DNA from: Lentzea sp.
GTDB lineage: Bacteria > Actinomycetota > Actinomycetes > Mycobacteriales > Pseudonocardiaceae
Direction: 5' to 3'
Assembly (NCBI RefSeq): GCF_036380075.1
Contig: NZ_DASVFL010000067.1
Coordinates: 27,676 to 91,675 of the forward strand
DNA: 64,000 nucleotides
Shown here piece by piece: positions 8,818-18,171 of this stretch. Both the position numbers and the translations under genes were made by a program. A model generated the notes under the pieces. The model made no database searches and was not told the DNA's origin. It worked only from the letters and a program-made list of their open reading frames with translations. Every line of letters begins with the position of its first letter. Position 1 is the stretch's first letter.

Positions 8818-10103
8818 TGACCGATCACCGGCGGGGCCGCCTTGCGGTCCACTCCGAAGACGTTGTCGTCCTCTTCGAGGTAGCTCGCGCTCTTGTGCTC
8901 GCGTGCGTCGTCACGGCCACCGGCACCGCCGGCCGCGGCCATCGGCGCGCCACCCATCGCGAGCGGGTTCTGGAACGCCTTGGTCTGGTTGCCGACCGCC
9001 TGCGACGAGGCGGCCGCCGCGGCACCGGCGCCACCACGTGTGGTCTCGTTGACGCCCGCGACGCCACCGCCGACACCGGGACCGCTGGGGCCGCTCGCGC
9101 CACCGCCGCCCTGGTTGCCGGCGCCGGAGTTGAACGGACGGGCCATGCCCATGCCGCCGCCGAAGCCGCCACCACCGCGACCGCCGCCGAACCCGCCGCC
9201 GCCACCGCCGCGCGACGAGGTGCTCGTGGTGCCGCGGTTCTGGTTGTTCGCCGTGCCGGCCGCCACGGGCGCGGTGCCGCCACCGGCACCCGCGCCGGCG
9301 CCGGTCGTGTCGGGGGTGCCCGGCGTGCGGGTGCCGCCGAGGTCACCGCCGGTCGGCGTCGGGTTGATCGGGTTGACCGGCGGCGTGAACTGCTGCGGAA
9401 CGGTCTGGTCGACGGCCGCCGAGTTGCGCTGGAACGCCGCCATGACGTCCGCGGCACGGCGGTGCGACGCGTCGTTGGCCGCGAGGGTGTCGACGGGGCT
9501 GGTGCCGATGGCGTCGAAGTTCGCGAACTCGCCGGTCGGCTGGGCCACGCGGGCGATCTGCGGGTTCGCCACCGAGCTGAACCCGTCGACCTGGTCGACC
9601 GTCAGCAGCCTGTCGCGCAGGGCGGGGTTGACCGGGGTGACCGGGCTGATCGCCGCGTCCGTCGGCACGGGTGCCGCGGGGGCCTGGGGAGGCGGCGGCA
9701 TCGCGGCGCGGGCGGCCTCGACGTTGGTCGTCTCGGTCGTGATCGCCGCGGAGACCTTGGTGGCGTAGTTGGCCGTGTCGTCGACCCAGTTGGTGACCTC
9801 GGTGAGGCCGTCGCGGGCCAGGCGCGCCGAGTCGCTGTCCCAGCCGACGCTCGAGTCCTCGACGGCCTTGAGCAGGTTCGCGCGCACGCCGGCGATGTCC
9901 TCGCCGATCTTCGCCCAGTTCGTGGCGGCGGCCTGGGCACCGGCGAGGTTCACGCCCGTGTGCACCATGTTGTAGAGCTGCTCGTGCGTGTACGTCATCC
10001 AGTCGACCGGCTCGTGCAGGTCGTTGCGGTCGTACTTGCGGTCGTCGCCGTGGTGCGACCCGTTGCCGTTGCCGCCCTTGTTGTTGTTCGATCCGTAGCT
10101 CAC
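8814..10103 (-). CDS. PPE-domain protein with Pro/Gly-rich tail (429 aa)
   Basis: YTHEQLYNMV...AAATNWAKIG...SSVGWDSDSA N-terminal PPE-like helical region; RRAADVMAAFQ; C-terminal REHKSASYLEEDDNVFG..APPVIG. GTG start at 10103 overlaps the upstream stop. Confidence 0.85.
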   Translation of the reverse strand: MSYGSNNNKGGNGNGSHHGDDRKYDRNDLHEPVDWMTYTHEQLYNMVHTGVNLAGAQAAATNWAKIGEDIAGVRANLLKAVEDSSVGWDSDSARLARDGLTEVTNWVDDTANYATKVSAAITTETTNVEAARAAMPPPPQAPAAPVPTDAAISPVTPVNPALRDRLLTVDQVDGFSSVANPQIARVAQPTGEFANFDAIGTSPVDTLAANDASHRRAADVMAAFQRNSAAVDQTVPQQFTPPVNPINPTPTGGDLGGTRTPGTPDTTGAGAGAGGGTAPVAAGTANNQNRGTTSTSSRGGGGGGFGGGRGGGGFGGGMGMARPFNSGAGNQGGGGASGPSGPGVGGGVAGVNETTRGGAGAAAAASSQAVGNQTKAFQNPLAMGGAPMAAAGGAGGRDDAREHKSASYLEEDDNVFGVDRKAAPPVIGQ

Positions 10104-10642
10104 CAGGACCCCCCGGCGTTCTTCATCGACTTCTCTGCTTCTTCCTCGACGTCGCGCATGGTGTCCCTGTTGCGGCTCAAGGCGTTGCTGATGTCGTCGA
10201 GGACCTTGAAGAGGTCGAGCAGCGCCTTGGCGGCTCCGGAGTCCTCTCCGACGGCGAGGTCGGCGAACCGCGCGCTGATCGCCTTGGCGACCGGGTTCTC
10301 CCCGAGCTGCAGCGGCGTGGCCAGCTGGTCGGTCGCGCGCTTCCACAGGTCCATGACCTGGTCGCGGGCGGCGTCGACGGCCTTGATCAGGGCGTCGGCC
10401 GCCTCGAAGTCGAGCGTCAGCTTGCCGCTGTCCGCCGCTTGGTCGAGCTTGGCCGCGGCGTGGCTCGCGTCCGCCTTGTCCGCCAGCATCTGCTGCTGGA
10501 GGGCCGGCTTGGCCGCCGCCAGCTGCTCAGCCGTGATCGGCACGGTGGCCGACGTGGTCGTCGTCGTAGTCGGATCGGGCGTCACCACCGGCGCCGCCCC
10601 CGTGCCTGTCGTCGTCCCACTCGTCCCAGTGCCTTCAGCCAT
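10100..10642 (-). CDS. PE-like protein with Thr-rich N-terminal extension
   Basis: LTLDFEAADALIKAV...PLQLGENPVAKAISARF pattern; position directly upstream of PPE-like and espG genes. Confidence 0.7.
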   Translation of the reverse strand: MAEGTGTSGTTTGTGAAPVVTPDPTTTTTTSATVPITAEQLAAAKPALQQQMLADKADASHAAAKLDQAADSGKLTLDFEAADALIKAVDAARDQVMDLWKRATDQLATPLQLGENPVAKAISARFADLAVGEDSGAAKALLDLFKVLDDISNALSRNRDTMRDVEEEAEKSMKNAGGSW

Positions 10643-10781
10643 CCCTCACAACCCCCTGCACTGCATTAACTCGTCACCGCAGCACTGGGCGTTACCGATC
10701 ACCACACCCAGTTCAGCCCGTCCGGAGCACTCCTTAGATGTACCCGGACACCTGTTCGGTTCCAATCCGCCGGAAAGATGC

Positions 10782-11423
10782 TTACCTCATGTGAGCGTCG
10801 AACCAGTTCAACGCACGAGCCCACGCTTCGTCACTCGAAACGTCGAAACGGACCACATCTGACGCGGTTTCCGAACTGATCACAGCATCACGAAGCTTGC
10901 TCACTTCTTCCGAGTCGTCGTCGCGGTAGATGCCGAGCCACGGGCAGGACAGGTCGGAGGCGACGTCGACCAGCGCCGGCAGCCCGTCCGAGAGCGGCTC
11001 GAGGATGCCGGGCCCCTGCACGGTGACGGCCGCGCCGATCGTGCGGCTCGCGGCGACCACCATCGCGACGGTGCCGCCGATGTCGAACCCGACGACGCCC
11101 ATCCGGTCCGCGCTCACGCCCTGCTGCCCGAGCCACACGAACGCGACGTCGGTGTCGGCGAGCAGGCGGTCGCCGGAGAGCTTGCTGACCCGGTCCCTGA
11201 TGTCGTCGCCGTGCACGCGGTCCTCGTCGTAGAGGTGCGGCGCGATGGCGAGGAACCCCTCTCCCGCCAGGCTGCTGACCAGCGTCCGGACCCCCGCGGT
11301 GATCCCGCGGGCCTCGTGCAGCACCACGAGACCACCCCGTACGGCGGAGTCGGGTTCGGCGATCGTCACCCGCAGCTCACGGCCGTCGGTGAGGGAAAGC
11401 GTCTCGATGCGGGTAGTGGTCAT
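10782..11423 (-). CDS. Dienelactone hydrolase family protein
   Basis: VVLHEARG, GFLAIAPHLY, GVVGFDIGG (usual nucleophile Cys of GFCxGG is Asp here). Confidence 0.85.
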   Translation of the reverse strand: MTTTRIETLSLTDGRELRVTIAEPDSAVRGGLVVLHEARGITAGVRTLVSSLAGEGFLAIAPHLYDEDRVHGDDIRDRVSKLSGDRLLADTDVAFVWLGQQGVSADRMGVVGFDIGGTVAMVVAASRTIGAAVTVQGPGILEPLSDGLPALVDVASDLSCPWLGIYRDDDSEEVSKLRDAVISSETASDVVRFDVSSDEAWARALNWFDAHMR

Positions 11424-11497
11424 GGTTCACCCTCGCACGCCAGGGTGAACTCCAGTCAACGTGACCAATCGGACGGAGCAATGCGAGGATCGGGAGC

Positions 11498-12565
11498 ATG
11501 ACCGTGCGAACCCGTGCTGACCTGGCGTCCCTGCCTTCCTACGTGCCCGGCAGGACCATCCCCGGCGCCATCAAGCTCGCGAGCAACGAGGTGTCGGCGG
11601 GCCCGCTGCCGAGCGTCGTCGAGGCGATCGCCGCCGCGGCCACCGCCGTGAACCGGTATCCCGACTCGGGGAGCGCGGAGCTGACCGCCCGCCTCTCCGA
11701 CAAGCTCGGCGTTCCCGCCGACCACATCGCCATCGGCTGCGGCTCGGTGACCCTGTGCCAGCAGCTCGTCCAGGCCACCTGCACCGAGAACGACGAGGTG
11801 CTGTTCGCCTGGCGGTCGTTCGAGGCGTACCCGATCGTCACGCACGTGGCCGGCGCGCGGCAGGTCCGCGTCCCGCTGAACTCGGAGCACACCCACGACC
11901 TGGACGCGATGCTCGCGGCGATCACGCCGAACACGCGGATGGTGTTCGTCTGCAACCCGAACAACCCGACCGGCACCGCGCTGCGCACCGAGGAGATCGA
12001 GGCGTTCATCGCCCGCGTGCCGCGCGACGTGCTCGTGGTCCTCGACGAGGCCTACAAGGAGTTCGTCGACGACGCGCACGTCCCGGACGGCGTCGAGCTC
12101 GCGAAGCAGCAGTGGGCGACGGGCCACGACAACGTGGCGGTGCTGCGGACGTTCTCCAAGGCCTACGGCCTCGCGGGCCTGCGCGTGGGCTACGCGGTGG
12201 CCCCGCCCGTGGTCGCCGACGTGCTGCGCAAGGTCTACGTGCCGTTCTCGGTGAACGCCCTGGCCCAGGCGGCCGCGATCGCGTCGCTGGACGCCGAGGA
12301 CGAGCTGATGGTCCGCTGCCGCGCGATCGTCGCCGAACGCGTCCGCGTCCGCGGCGAGCTGCTGGCGATGGGCTACGACGTGCCCGAGACGCAGGCGAAC
12401 TTCGTGTGGCTGCCGCTGGGCGAGCGCACCGCGGAGTTCAACGAGCACTGCCTGGAGCACAAGGTCGTGGTGCGCGCGTTCGCGGGCGAGGGCACCCGCG
12501 TGACGATCGGCGAGCCGGACGAGAACGACGCGTTCCTGGCCGCCGCCCGCGCGTTCTCGCTGTAG
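11498..12565 (+). CDS. pat: Histidinol-phosphate/aromatic amino acid aminotransferase (Pat/HisC2 type)
   Basis: [50 protein letters not shown]. Confidence 0.92.
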   Translation: MTVRTRADLASLPSYVPGRTIPGAIKLASNEVSAGPLPSVVEAIAAAATAVNRYPDSGSAELTARLSDKLGVPADHIAIGCGSVTLCQQLVQATCTENDEVLFAWRSFEAYPIVTHVAGARQVRVPLNSEHTHDLDAMLAAITPNTRMVFVCNPNNPTGTALRTEEIEAFIARVPRDVLVVLDEAYKEFVDDAHVPDGVELAKQQWATGHDNVAVLRTFSKAYGLAGLRVGYAVAPPVVADVLRKVYVPFSVNALAQAAAIASLDAEDELMVRCRAIVAERVRVRGELLAMGYDVPETQANFVWLPLGERTAEFNEHCLEHKVVVRAFAGEGTRVTIGEPDENDAFLAAARAFSL

Positions 12566-13315
12566 CTACTTGGTGAGCAGCTGAACGATCGCCGCGACTC
12601 CCACCACCACGATGACGCCGCGCAACACGGCGGGTGGGAGTTTGCGGCCGATCTTCGCCCCGATCTGCCCACCGACCACCGACCCGACGGCCAGCAGCAG
12701 CACGACCAGCCACGCCACGTCGGCGATGAAGATGAACATGACGCCGGCGACGAGGTTCACGAACGCCGTCAGCACGTTCTTCAGCGCGTTGAGCCGCTGC
12801 AGGTGCTCGCTGACCAGCACCCCCATGAGCCCCATGACCAGCACGCCCTGCGCGGCGCCGAAGTAACCGCCGTAGATCCCGGCCGCGAACACGCCGAACC
12901 ACAACAGCAGACCGCCGTCGTTGTCCGTGCGCCGGTCCGCGAGCCTGCGGTTGAGCCAGGGCTGGATGACCACCAGCACCAGCGCGATGACGATCAGCAC
13001 CGGCACGATCGCGGTGAAGGCCTTGTCCGGCAGCGTCACCAGCAGGATCGCCCCGACGACACCGCCGAGGATCGAAGCGGGCAGCAGCTTCTTGATCCGG
13101 GGCGCCTGCCCCTTGAGCTCCTCGCGGTAGCCCCACGCCCCCGACAGCGACCCGGGCACGAGCCCGAGGCTGTTGGACACGTTCGCGACCACGGGCGGGT
13201 AGCCGACGGCGAGCAACACCGGGAAGGTCACGAGCGTGCCGCTGCCGACGACGGTGTTGATGCCGCCTGCGAACACACCCGCGATGACCACCACGATTGC
13301 TTCCCAGACCGTCAT
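12566..13315 (-). CDS. Sulfite exporter TauE/SafE family membrane protein
   Basis: AGGINTVVGSGTLVTFP, GIYGGYFGAAQG, LNALKN; about 8 hydrophobic segments. Confidence 0.92.
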   Translation of the reverse strand: MTVWEAIVVVIAGVFAGGINTVVGSGTLVTFPVLLAVGYPPVVANVSNSLGLVPGSLSGAWGYREELKGQAPRIKKLLPASILGGVVGAILLVTLPDKAFTAIVPVLIVIALVLVVIQPWLNRRLADRRTDNDGGLLLWFGVFAAGIYGGYFGAAQGVLVMGLMGVLVSEHLQRLNALKNVLTAFVNLVAGVMFIFIADVAWLVVLLLAVGSVVGGQIGAKIGRKLPPAVLRGVIVVVGVAAIVQLLTK

Positions 13316-13389
13316 GCCACCCCCAGTCACCCGATGGTTAGCGACGCTAACACTCCGCCCCGACCAGGGAACTGTGGCGCTGATGACAA

Positions 13390-13420
13390 CGGGCCGCCAC
13401 TCAACGTGAGTGGCGGCCCG
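13390..13420. terminator. Intrinsic terminator hairpin after the surface protein gene
   Basis: CGGGCCGCCACTCA-ACG-TGAGTGGCGGCCCG, perfect 14-bp stem. Confidence 0.75.
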
Positions 13421-13436
13421 GTCCGTTCGCAGGTGG

Positions 13437-15527
13437 TCAGGCGACCAGGCGCCGCCTGCCGATCACGCTGGCCCCGACGCCGAAGGCGACGAGCAGTGCG
13501 CCGACCAGGCCGAGCCCCAGCACGCTGGCACCGGTCTTGGCCAGCGCGTCGACGCTGCCGCCACCACCGGCACCGGCGGGAGCGGCCGGGGCGTGGTCGC
13601 CGCCGGGCACAGCGGCGGGGCTGGGAACGACGGGGAAGCCGTACCTCCACTCGCTGCCGGCGTAGACGGCGACGTGACCGCCCCACTCGCCCTCGAACTG
13701 CCACGGCCCGTCCACCCTGGCGAAGTACGTCCCCGCGGGAACGCGGTCGAAGCGCACGTGGCCCTGGTCGTCGGAGACCGTCTCGGCGACGTCCACGCCG
13801 AGCTCCCGGTCGTGCAGCAGGATCCGGGTGCCGCCGATGGTCTCGCCCGCGTCGGCCGTCCCGTTGCCGTTGCGGTCGTGGTAGAGCTCGCCGGTGACGG
13901 AACCGAACCCACCGGGAACCCGCGCCGAGTCGAACGCCTCGGCGGCGTCGGTGTTCCACCCGGCGTGCGGCGCGAACCCGCAGGACGCGATGACCTTGCC
14001 CCAGGTGATGCCGGCCGGCGGTACCTTCTCGACCACGACGATCGTCCTGGTCTCGCCCGCCCCGACCGTCACGCCCGCGCCGCGCAGCTCGCCCCAGCCC
14101 GGCGGGTTCGGCTCGCTGATCCGGCCGCCGAACTGGTTCTCGTCACCGATCCGGTTGCACCAGGCCTGGATGCCGGTCATCGCCCGGTCGCCGGAGTTGG
14201 TCAGCGTGATCGTGATCCGGGCGTCCTCGTCGGCCTGGTAGACGTCCTTGTCGAGCGTGAGGGTCGCGCTGAGCGACTCGGTGTACGGGCGCTCCGCGCG
14301 GGCCACCAGCTCCAGCGGTGCGCCGGGCTGGACGCGAGTCTTCGACTCCGTGCCGTCCGAGTGCACGATCCAGCCGCCGGCTATGGAGTAACCGACGTAG
14401 TAGTCGCCCGACGGGATGTCGGTGAAGGTGTAGCGGCCGTTGGCGTCAGTCGTCGTCTTGAAGTAGCCGTAGGGCACACCGCCGTTGATCTCGACAATCG
14501 CGTCCGGCGCGGCCTCGCCGGCGTCCTGCTGTCCGTTGCGGTTCTTGTCGTTGTAGACGAGACCGTTGATGCTGCCCTTGCTCTGCACGACGACGACCTC
14601 GCCGTGGTACCCGCTCTGGTGCGGGTTCGGGCGGCCGTCGTAGTTGATGCCGCCCCAGATGACCAGCTTGCCGTTCTGGAGCTGCTCGATCATGCCGGTG
14701 GCCTCGAACGTGCGGGACGCGCCGGGGGCGAGCGAGATGCCGGGACCGCGGTAGCCGAAGTCGCCCCACTGCGACTCGGGGGTGCTCACGGCGAGGATCG
14801 GGAAGTCCAGCTTGACGTGCTCGGCGGTCTGGCCGCCGACGTTGGTGACGGTCAGCCAGAAGCGCACGGTCTCGTGCGACTGGTAGCTCGACTTCTCGAA
14901 CCACAGGGTGCCGCGCGGGCTCGGCGCGGCCGCACCGGGCGTGAGCCCGAGCGTCGTCTCCCCGCCGGCTTCGGTGACTTGGACCTCCAAGCCGGCGTTG
15001 CCGTTGGTGAACTTCCACGCGGGGTCGATCGTGAGCCAGTACGGCCCGACGGGAAGACCGGTGAACTCGGACCAGCCGTCGGCACCGCTGGCGCGCTCCG
15101 CGACGGCGGCGCCGGTCTGCTTGTCCGTCAAGGAGACCTCGAGTCCGACGATCTGCTCGCCCGGCTCGAAGTACCCGTTGCCGTTCCGGTCCTGGAAGGT
15201 CCTGACCTTGAAGTTGCCCACCGCCGCGGCCTTGCCGGGCTCCTCGCTCTTCGGCGGCTCGGGCGGCGCGTTCTCCGACGTCGGGACGGGTGCGGACCCG
15301 GTGCTGCTCGGCGGCGCCGACTCGGACGTCGACGGCGGCGCGGAGTCCGAAGTGGACGGCGGCGCGGTCTCCGTGCTCGCCGGCGCCTGCTCGACGCTCG
15401 TGGACGCCGGCGTCTCCGGCTCGTCCTGCGCGAGCGCACCGGCGGTGGCACCGCCGAACGCGAGGACGACAGCGGTGGTCAAGGCCCCGAATCTGAGCAG
15501 GGCACGGCTGACCGATCTCTCGGACAA
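13437..15527 (-). CDS. Sortase-anchored surface protein with SdrD B-like and Ig-like repeats
   Basis: TTG start after GGGGGA RBS; signal peptide ending ALA; S/T/P linker; three DxNxNG motifs (QDRNGNG, NDKNRNG, HDRNGNG); LAKTG + TM helix + RRR tail. Confidence 0.85.
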   Translation of the reverse strand: MSERSVSRALLRFGALTTAVVLAFGGATAGALAQDEPETPASTSVEQAPASTETAPPSTSDSAPPSTSESAPPSSTGSAPVPTSENAPPEPPKSEEPGKAAAVGNFKVRTFQDRNGNGYFEPGEQIVGLEVSLTDKQTGAAVAERASGADGWSEFTGLPVGPYWLTIDPAWKFTNGNAGLEVQVTEAGGETTLGLTPGAAAPSPRGTLWFEKSSYQSHETVRFWLTVTNVGGQTAEHVKLDFPILAVSTPESQWGDFGYRGPGISLAPGASRTFEATGMIEQLQNGKLVIWGGINYDGRPNPHQSGYHGEVVVVQSKGSINGLVYNDKNRNGQQDAGEAAPDAIVEINGGVPYGYFKTTTDANGRYTFTDIPSGDYYVGYSIAGGWIVHSDGTESKTRVQPGAPLELVARAERPYTESLSATLTLDKDVYQADEDARITITLTNSGDRAMTGIQAWCNRIGDENQFGGRISEPNPPGWGELRGAGVTVGAGETRTIVVVEKVPPAGITWGKVIASCGFAPHAGWNTDAAEAFDSARVPGGFGSVTGELYHDRNGNGTADAGETIGGTRILLHDRELGVDVAETVSDDQGHVRFDRVPAGTYFARVDGPWQFEGEWGGHVAVYAGSEWRYGFPVVPSPAAVPGGDHAPAAPAGAGGGGSVDALAKTGASVLGLGLVGALLVAFGVGASVIGRRRLVA

Positions 15528-15705
15528 GATGAATCCCCCATGAGAACGTTGGTAGTCGTTCGCCGACGTCAAGCCCCCGCACGCGTCCGCAGAACCGCCG
15601 CCAAGCTACCCGAGTGGTTGCGTCCCCGGAAGCCCGTTTCTTCCACTTCGGATGCATCTGTGAAGTTCGGCCCGAGGTGTCGCGCACCGGTGGCATGCTG
15701 GCGGC

Positions 15706-16116
15706 GTGACACCGGAGGACCTGGCGCACCTGCGCCGGGCGCGCGACCTGATGGACCGCGAGTACGCCAGTCCGCTGGACGTGCCCGCGATGGCCAGAGT
15801 CGCCCTGATGTCGCCGTCGCACTTCTCCCGCAGCTTCCGCGCGGCCTACGGCGAAACCCCGTACGGCTACCTGATGACCCGGCGCATCGAGCGCGCCAAA
15901 GCGTTGCTGCGCCGGGGAACGCTGTCGGTGACCGAGGTGTGCGTCGAGGTCGGCTGCACCTCGCTGGGCTCGTTCTCCGCCCGCTTCACCGAACTGGTCG
16001 GCGAGACGCCGTCGGCCTACCGCGCCCGCTCGCACTCGGCGCTGACCGCGGTGCCGGGCTGTCAGCTGAAGGGCCTGACAAGACCGAGCAGGTTTCGAGA
16101 AGCGTCGAATCCCTGA
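15706..16116 (+). CDS. AraC family transcriptional regulator (HTH only)
   Basis: LRRARDLMDREYA, MSPSHFSRSF..AYGETP, VGCTSLGSFSARF. Confidence 0.93.
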   Translation: MTPEDLAHLRRARDLMDREYASPLDVPAMARVALMSPSHFSRSFRAAYGETPYGYLMTRRIERAKALLRRGTLSVTEVCVEVGCTSLGSFSARFTELVGETPSAYRARSHSALTAVPGCQLKGLTRPSRFREASNP

Positions 16117-16136
16117 GCTGCCTAGGGTTTCGGCCC

Positions 16137-16538
16137 ATGAAGCTCTCGCACACGTTCCTCTTCGTCCGCGACCAGGACGAAGCCCTGAAGTTCTACCGCG
16201 ACGTCCTGGGCCTGGAGGTCCGCACCGACGCGCCGATCGAGGACCACCGCTGGCTCACCGTGGGACCGCCAGAGCAGCCGGACGTCGAGATCGGCCTGTC
16301 CCACATCGGCCCGCCGGTGCCGCCGACCGACCACGAGGCGCTGCACGCGTTGCTGGCCAAGGGATCGCTGCACGGCATCATCTTCGTGACCCCGGACGTG
16401 GACGCGAAGTTCGAGCAGGTCCGCGCGGCCGGCGCCGAGGTCCTCCAGGAGCCCGTCGACCAGCCCTACGGCGTCCGCGACTGCGCCTTCCGCGACCCGT
16501 CCGGCAACATGGTCCGCTTCTCCTCGCCGCGGTTCTGA
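16137..16538 (+). CDS. VOC/glyoxalase family protein
   Basis: MKLSHTFLFVRDQDEALKFYRDVLGLE...QEPVDQPYGVRDCAFRDPSGN. Confidence 0.93.
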   Translation: MKLSHTFLFVRDQDEALKFYRDVLGLEVRTDAPIEDHRWLTVGPPEQPDVEIGLSHIGPPVPPTDHEALHALLAKGSLHGIIFVTPDVDAKFEQVRAAGAEVLQEPVDQPYGVRDCAFRDPSGNMVRFSSPRF

Positions 16539-16696
16539 AAAGCAGTTCTGCTTCTTCCGGCCGTGTGCTTTCCTGATGTCCTCTGGCGCACACACAGATG
16601 AGGTCGATGCCATGGCAGCCCCGGACACACCGGGTGCCTTCGCCGTGCCCGGTGACAACCACGTACTTCTTCGTGCGATCACCAGGAGCATCGATC

Positions 16697-17404
16697 TTGA
16701 CTTGGTACACCACCTTCTTCACCGATCTCGCCAACGGTTTCTGGCGCGGCGCGGTACAGCCCTCGCAGACCACCGCTGAGATCGACTTCGTGGCCGGCTT
16801 CGCACCCGGCCTCCGCGTGCTGGACGCGCCGTGCGGCAGCGGCAGGCACAGCATCGAACTGGCCCGCCGCGGCTACACGGTCACCGGCCTGGACATCTCG
16901 GCCGAGGCCATCGGCTTCGCCCGCTCGTCAGCTCCCTCACTGGACTGGCGGCTGGGCGACGTGGCTTCGCTGGGCTCGATGGGCTTGGCCGCCGACCTGG
17001 CGTTGTGCATGGGCAACAGCTTCGGCTACCTGTCACACGCCGGCTCGGTGCGCTTCCTCGCCGACATGGCGGCCATCGCCCCGGTGCTGGTACTCGACTA
17101 CGGCTGCGCGGCCGAGTCGTTGTTGCCTTCGCTGCCAGGCGAGATCCGGATGTCGGCGGGCGGCGTCGACATGGTGGCCGTGAACTCCTACGACGTGGCG
17201 TCGGGGCGGCTGCTGATCGACTTCACCTTCACCGACGGGTCGCGGGTGCAGCGGTCGCGTTGTGAGCAGCACGTCTACACGGCCGGTGAGCTGACGCGGA
17301 TGCTTCATGGCGCCGGGTTCGGGGCCGTTGAGCTGTACGGCGACGTCGACGGGAGCGCGTTCTCGCTTGGCAGCCACCGGTTGCTGGCGGTGGCGCGGCG
17401 GTGA
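16697..17404 (+). CDS. Class I SAM-dependent methyltransferase
   Basis: TTG start 8 nt after AGGAG; VLDAPCGSGRH, TGLDIS, CMGNSFGY. Confidence 0.88.
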   Translation: MTWYTTFFTDLANGFWRGAVQPSQTTAEIDFVAGFAPGLRVLDAPCGSGRHSIELARRGYTVTGLDISAEAIGFARSSAPSLDWRLGDVASLGSMGLAADLALCMGNSFGYLSHAGSVRFLADMAAIAPVLVLDYGCAAESLLPSLPGEIRMSAGGVDMVAVNSYDVASGRLLIDFTFTDGSRVQRSRCEQHVYTAGELTRMLHGAGFGAVELYGDVDGSAFSLGSHRLLAVARR

Positions 17405-17410
17405 CGAGCG

Positions 17411-17442
17411 GGGGCGGCACGCCTGATCTGGCGTGCCGCCCC
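17411..17442. terminator. Bidirectional terminator between the methyltransferase and tRNA-Ser
   Basis: GGGGCGGCACGCC-TGATCT-GGCGTGCCGCCCC, 13-bp stem between convergent units. Confidence 0.75.
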
Positions 17443-17462
17443 TGTTCGTGCTGTTCAGACTG

Positions 17463-17547
17463 CGGAAGCGGAGGGATTTGAACCCCCGGACGGTTGCCCG
17501 TCTCCCGCTTTCAAGGCGGGTGCATTCGGCCGCTCTGCCACGCTTCC
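17463..17547 (-). tRNA. tRNA-Ser(TGA), CCA not encoded
   Basis: GGAAGCG/CGCTTCC acceptor stem, anticodon loop CTTGAAA, GGTTCAAATCC. Confidence 0.97.
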
Positions 17548-17575
17548 CCGACACCACCGGTGTCCGCCGAGGAGC

Positions 17576-18052
17576 CTAGCCGTTCGCCTCGCGCAGGTGT
17601 GTCATGACCCGGTCGAAGACCTTGGCCAGCACCTCGCCCTCCTCGGGCGTCAGCAGGTCGACGATGTGGGCGCGCACGCCTCGCAGGTGGGTGGGGGCGG
17701 CTGCCACCAGGAGGGTCATGCCCTTCGGGGTCAGCTCGGCCAGCACGCCTCGGCCGTCCTCCGTGCACTCGCGGCGCGACACCAGGCCCGCCTTCTCCAT
17801 GCGGGCCACCTGGTGGGAGACGCGAGACTTCGAGGAGGCGACGTCCTCCGCCAGCTGGGTCATGCGCATGCGGCGGTTCGGTTGTTCGGAGAGGCGGACG
17901 AGGATCTCGTAGTCCGCCAGTGACACTCCGTGGGCGTCCTGCAGCTCTCGGTGCAGGCGGTCCATGAGCATGGAGGAACCGCTCACGTAGGTGCGCCAGG
18001 CACGCATCTCCCCCGCGTCCAGCCAGCGCGGCGCTTCCTCACTTGGTGTCAC
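17576..18052 (-). CDS. MarR family transcriptional regulator
   Basis: RWLDAGEMRAWR, YEILVRLSE, SRVSHQVARMEKAGLV, DGRGVLAELT; GTG start 7 nt after TAGCCT. Confidence 0.93.
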   Translation of the reverse strand: MTPSEEAPRWLDAGEMRAWRTYVSGSSMLMDRLHRELQDAHGVSLADYEILVRLSEQPNRRMRMTQLAEDVASSKSRVSHQVARMEKAGLVSRRECTEDGRGVLAELTPKGMTLLVAAAPTHLRGVRAHIVDLLTPEEGEVLAKVFDRVMTHLREANG

Positions 18053-18171
18053 GGGAACAAGGCTAGACGGCCGGATGACGATCCAGTCATCCCTCTGGAA
18101 AACGCGGCGTCCGGGAGGCAGACTCCTCCGCCGTACACGCGCGTTAACCACGCCTTCGAAAGGCTCCACCC

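Noticed and set aside
13410-16538. 1042-aa ORF apparently fusing a long N-terminus to a VOC domain
   Set aside because: Only the last 133 aa (from ATG 16137) are a real gene; the rest is antisense to the surface protein or out of frame with araC
16614-16638. GGCAGCC-CCGG-ACACA-CCG-GGTGCC hairpin upstream of a SAM methyltransferase, resembling the P3 stem of SAM-I/IV riboswitches
   Set aside because: The flanking conserved elements (ATCAAGAG/GTCATGAG-type 5' segment, kink-turn, AAxTCC after GGTGCC) are not visible. An Infernal scan against SAM families would settle it.
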